A DNA stretch of 64,000 nucleotides. Source: an uncultured Verrucomicrobiae bacterium. Lineage in GTDB: Bacteria; Verrucomicrobiota; Verrucomicrobiia; Chthoniobacterales; JAFAMB01. The notes beneath the pieces are model-generated. The model did no database searches and was not told the DNA's origin. It saw only the letters and a list, made by a program, of their open reading frames with translations. The DNA lies in assembly GCA_963813025.1 (NCBI GenBank), contig CAWEXO010000009.1:64001-128000 (forward strand), written 5' to 3'. Position numbers and translations under genes: made by a program. Positions within the stretch are counted from its first letter, which is position 1. Every line of letters starts with the position of its first letter. Of this stretch, positions 61,201 through 64,000 are shown piece by piece.

Positions 61201-64000
61201 ATGGCATCCCAGCCCCGTACCCCTAACGCGACTTACCGTCTGCAATTCAGCAACCAATTCTCGTTTCGCGACGCTTTGGACGTCGTTCCCTATCTGGCCG
61301 ACCTCGGAATCAGCGATCTCTATAGCTCCCCATTTTTTCGATCTAGGCCGGGAAGCACTCACGGCTATGATGTAACCAACCATAACGAGTTAAATCCGGA
61401 AATCGGCACAAAAGAAGATCTTGCCGCGCTGTCCAGCGCTCTGCGCGAACGGCGCATGGGTCTGATCGCTGATTTCGTGTCGAACCACATGGGCATCACG
61501 GACCCGACCAATGAATGGTGGATGGATGTGCTCGAAAACGGCCCTAGCTCGGCTTTCGCGCCTTTTTTCGATATCGATTGGCACCCAGTAAAAAAAGAGC
61601 TGCATAACAAAGTCTTGTTGCCCGTGCTGGGCGATCAGTACGGCAAGGTGCTTGAAGCAGGTCAAATTCATTTAGTCTACCGCGATGGCAGTTTTTTCGC
61701 GACATACTATGAACGGCAGTTCCCTTTAAATCCGCGTACCTATAGATTTATCCTGAGGATCGCGTTGGAAAACCTTCACCGCTATGCCGACGAAGAGATG
61801 GTGTTCGAGCTTGAGAGCATCTTGACGTCACTGGAACATCTTCCTGGGCGGACCAGTACTGATCACGGAAAGGTGCGCGAACGGGCCCGCGAAAAAGAGA
61901 TCAGCAAACGCCGAATCGCCCGGCTTTGCGCCGAGTTTCCTCAGGTCGAAGACGCGATTGAAGCAGCGATCAATCAACTGGAGGGCCGCCCCGGCGATCC
62001 CCGATCGTTTGATCAGCTTGATCAACTTCTCGATGCCCAAGCCTATCGCCTGAGCTATTGGCGAGTCGCCGGCGAAGAAATCAATTACCGGCGTTTTTTC
62101 GATGTGAACGATTTGGCGGCAATCCGGGTAGAGAATCCCCAGGTCTTCACGACGATTCATCGGCTATTGTTTGAACTCCTCCGTGAGGAACTCGTCACCG
62201 GTATAAGGGTTGATCATGTCGACGGATTGCAGGATCCGAAGCAATACTTGCTTGCGCTTCGACAAGGGGCTCTGCCGCCCGGCGATGAGGCCCAAAGCCA
62301 GGACGAATCCCGAGCGCGGTTTTATCTCATCGTAGAGAAAATCCTTTCTTCGGACGAGAAGCTGCGAACCGATTGGCCGGCCGAGGGTACTACGGGATAC
62401 GATTTCGCCTCTGACGTCACTCAATTGCTCGTGGCAGCATCCAATGGCGATGCATTCTCCCGGATCTATCGCGAGTTCATCGAGCGTTATGTCCATTTCG
62501 AATCGCTGATTTACGAAAAAAAGAAACTCGTGATGGACGTCTCGCTCGCGAGTGATATTGAGAGTCTGGGACATACCCTCCACGAATTGGCCGAGCACGA
62601 TCGATTGCATCGTGATTTCACCTTGGATTCCCTCAGTACCGCCGTGCGCGAGACCGTCGCTTGTTTTCCGGTTTATCGTACTTACATTAGCGAGGAAGCC
62701 GGTGTTTCCGAGACAGACCGCCAGATTATTCTTCGCGTGATTCGGGCCGCTAAACGGCGCAATCTCGCGATGGATCCCTCGATTTTTGATTTTTTGCGGG
62801 ATGTTCTTTTGCTGGAGAACTTTGCTAACTTCGATGCTGCCACCCGGCAGCTGCAGACCCAATTTGTTTTAAAGTTTCAGCAGTGCACCGGACCGATCAT
62901 GGCCAAAGGTCTGGAAGATACCGCGTTCTACATTTTCAACCGGCTCGTTGCTCTGAACGAGGTCGGGGGTGCTCCTCAACAATTCGGAATCTCGATCGAA
63001 CGGTTTCATGAGAAAAATCGGATCCGTCTGGCGGAGACGCCTCACACTCTGCTGGCCGGCACGACGCACGATACGAAACGGAGCGAAGATGTTCGCGCGC
63101 GGGTTGCTGTTTTGAGCGAAATTCCGGAACAATGGGAAAACTGGATTTACCGCTGGCGCAAAGTGAATTCCTCGCTTCGCGCTGAGGTCGAGGGCGATTT
63201 GGCTCCCAGCGCGAACGAGGAATATCTACTTTACCAGACACTTTTGGGCACTTGGCCCTTAACTCCGGAGGAGGTTAACGACGTTTACGCTGAACGCATC
63301 AAGCAATATATCCTCAAAGCAATAAAAGAAGCGAAAGTTAATAGTAGTTGGATTCAGCCGAATGAAGACTGGGAGAATGGGGTAACCTCATTTGTTGAAA
63401 GGATCCTGCATCCGGAGCACGGCTTCCGTTCGGCGTTTGTCGAAGCCGCCCAGCAAATCGCGTGGCACGGAATGTTGAATTCCCTCACCCAGACGGTCCT
63501 TCGGTTAACTTTGCCGGGCGTGCCCGACTTTTACCAGGGAACTGAGCTCTGGGATTTTAGCTTGGTAGATCCGGACAATCGTCGACCGGTCGACTTTGCT
63601 GTCCGCAAACAGGCGCTTGCCGACGTTAGGAACGCTAGTCCAGAGGACCTCTTCCGGCATTGGCCCGATGGACTAATCAAGCTTTCGCTGATCGCGCGCC
63701 TGCTCGACTTCCGCCGAAATGCTCCAGAGGTTTTTCGTGACGGCCGTTATGAATCCCTCTACGCGACAGGATCGCTGAGCGAATGTTGCGTGGCTTTCGC
63801 GCGAGTGGCCGGCGACAAAAAGATAATCGTCATTGTTCCCCGGCTTACTACTCGGCTGGGTGGAGTCGCGCAGCCTTTCGATTGGCAGGATACACACCTC
63901 GTTTTAGATGAGGCCGCCGGGGCAATGAAAGATCTGCTGAGCGGACGTCTACTCAAATCCGGTGCCGAAACAATTCCACTGAATTTGCTTCGCGAGTTCC
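61201..64000 (+). CDS. treY: Malto-oligosyltrehalose synthase (runs off the window; not in ORF track)
   Basis: MASQPRTPNATYRLQF, GSTHGYDV, INYRRFFDVN, RVDHVDGL, THDTKRSED, PGVPDFYQG. Confidence 0.95.
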   Translation, partial: MASQPRTPNATYRLQFSNQFSFRDALDVVPYLADLGISDLYSSPFFRSRPGSTHGYDVTNHNELNPEIGTKEDLAALSSALRERRMGLIADFVSNHMGITDPTNEWWMDVLENGPSSAFAPFFDIDWHPVKKELHNKVLLPVLGDQYGKVLEAGQIHLVYRDGSFFATYYERQFPLNPRTYRFILRIALENLHRYADEEMVFELESILTSLEHLPGRTSTDHGKVRERAREKEISKRRIARLCAEFPQVEDAIEAAINQLEGRPGDPRSFDQLDQLLDAQAYRLSYWRVAGEEINYRRFFDVNDLAAIRVENPQVFTTIHRLLFELLREELVTGIRVDHVDGLQDPKQYLLALRQGALPPGDEAQSQDESRARFYLIVEKILSSDEKLRTDWPAEGTTGYDFASDVTQLLVAASNGDAFSRIYREFIERYVHFESLIYEKKKLVMDVSLASDIESLGHTLHELAEHDRLHRDFTLDSLSTAVRETVACFPVYRTYISEEAGVSETDRQIILRVIRAAKRRNLAMDPSIFDFLRDVLLLENFANFDAATRQLQTQFVLKFQQCTGPIMAKGLEDTAFYIFNRLVALNEVGGAPQQFGISIERFHEKNRIRLAETPHTLLAGTTHDTKRSEDVRARVAVLSEIPEQWENWIYRWRKVNSSLRAEVEGDLAPSANEEYLLYQTLLGTWPLTPEEVNDVYAERIKQYILKAIKEAKVNSSWIQPNEDWENGVTSFVERILHPEHGFRSAFVEAAQQIAWHGMLNSLTQTVLRLTLPGVPDFYQGTELWDFSLVDPDNRRPVDFAVRKQALADVRNASPEDLFRHWPDGLIKLSLIARLLDFRRNAPEVFRDGRYESLYATGSLSECCVAFARVAGDKKIIVIVPRLTTRLGGVAQPFDWQDTHLVLDEAAGAMKDLLSGRLLKSGAETIPLNLLREF

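Noticed and set aside
61365..63956. Minus-strand ORFs in the last 2.8 kb
   Set aside because: Antisense to treY, which the ORF track missed because it has no stop inside the window.
1..64000. tRNA or rRNA genes
   Set aside because: No cloverleaf or rRNA signature recognised by eye; tRNAscan-SE and Infernal would confirm.

Overview
Mostly core-genome bacterial DNA, probably a soil Verrucomicrobium (Chthoniobacterales-like). That taxonomy is inferred from the lpxC-fabZ fusion, RNase HIII, eukaryote-type UGPase and gene order. Housekeeping genes include lpxC/fabZ-lpxA, cysS, ispF, carB, trpS, PII-glnA, hflKC, tyrS, rpmH-rnpA-yidD-yidC-jag, tyrA-aroA-cmk-plsC, trpB, mutY, rnhC, rnc, parB, ctpA and glgX-treZ-treY. 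Several genes carry frameshifts that look like long-read indel errors. The intergenic spaces hold a rich mobilome: IS110 (one full, one remnant), IS3, IS630, an IS200 remnant, three copies of a CTAG-ended MITE, several REP families, and 6-, 7- and 9-mer tandem arrays. Strongest signal: inverted hexamer arrays (YAGTGY ... RCACTR) bracket two accessory cassettes. Their units equal TA plus the terminal 4 nt of the local IS630/MITE ends, and an IS has inserted at the same position in both right-hand arrays. Other highlights: an IS110 non-coding end carrying exact copies of both junctions (bridge-RNA candidate), an unannotated 36-aa PAKK histone-like microprotein, a PII with a replaced T-loop, a release-factor paralog without GGQ, and an M28 peptidase lacking its metal ligands.
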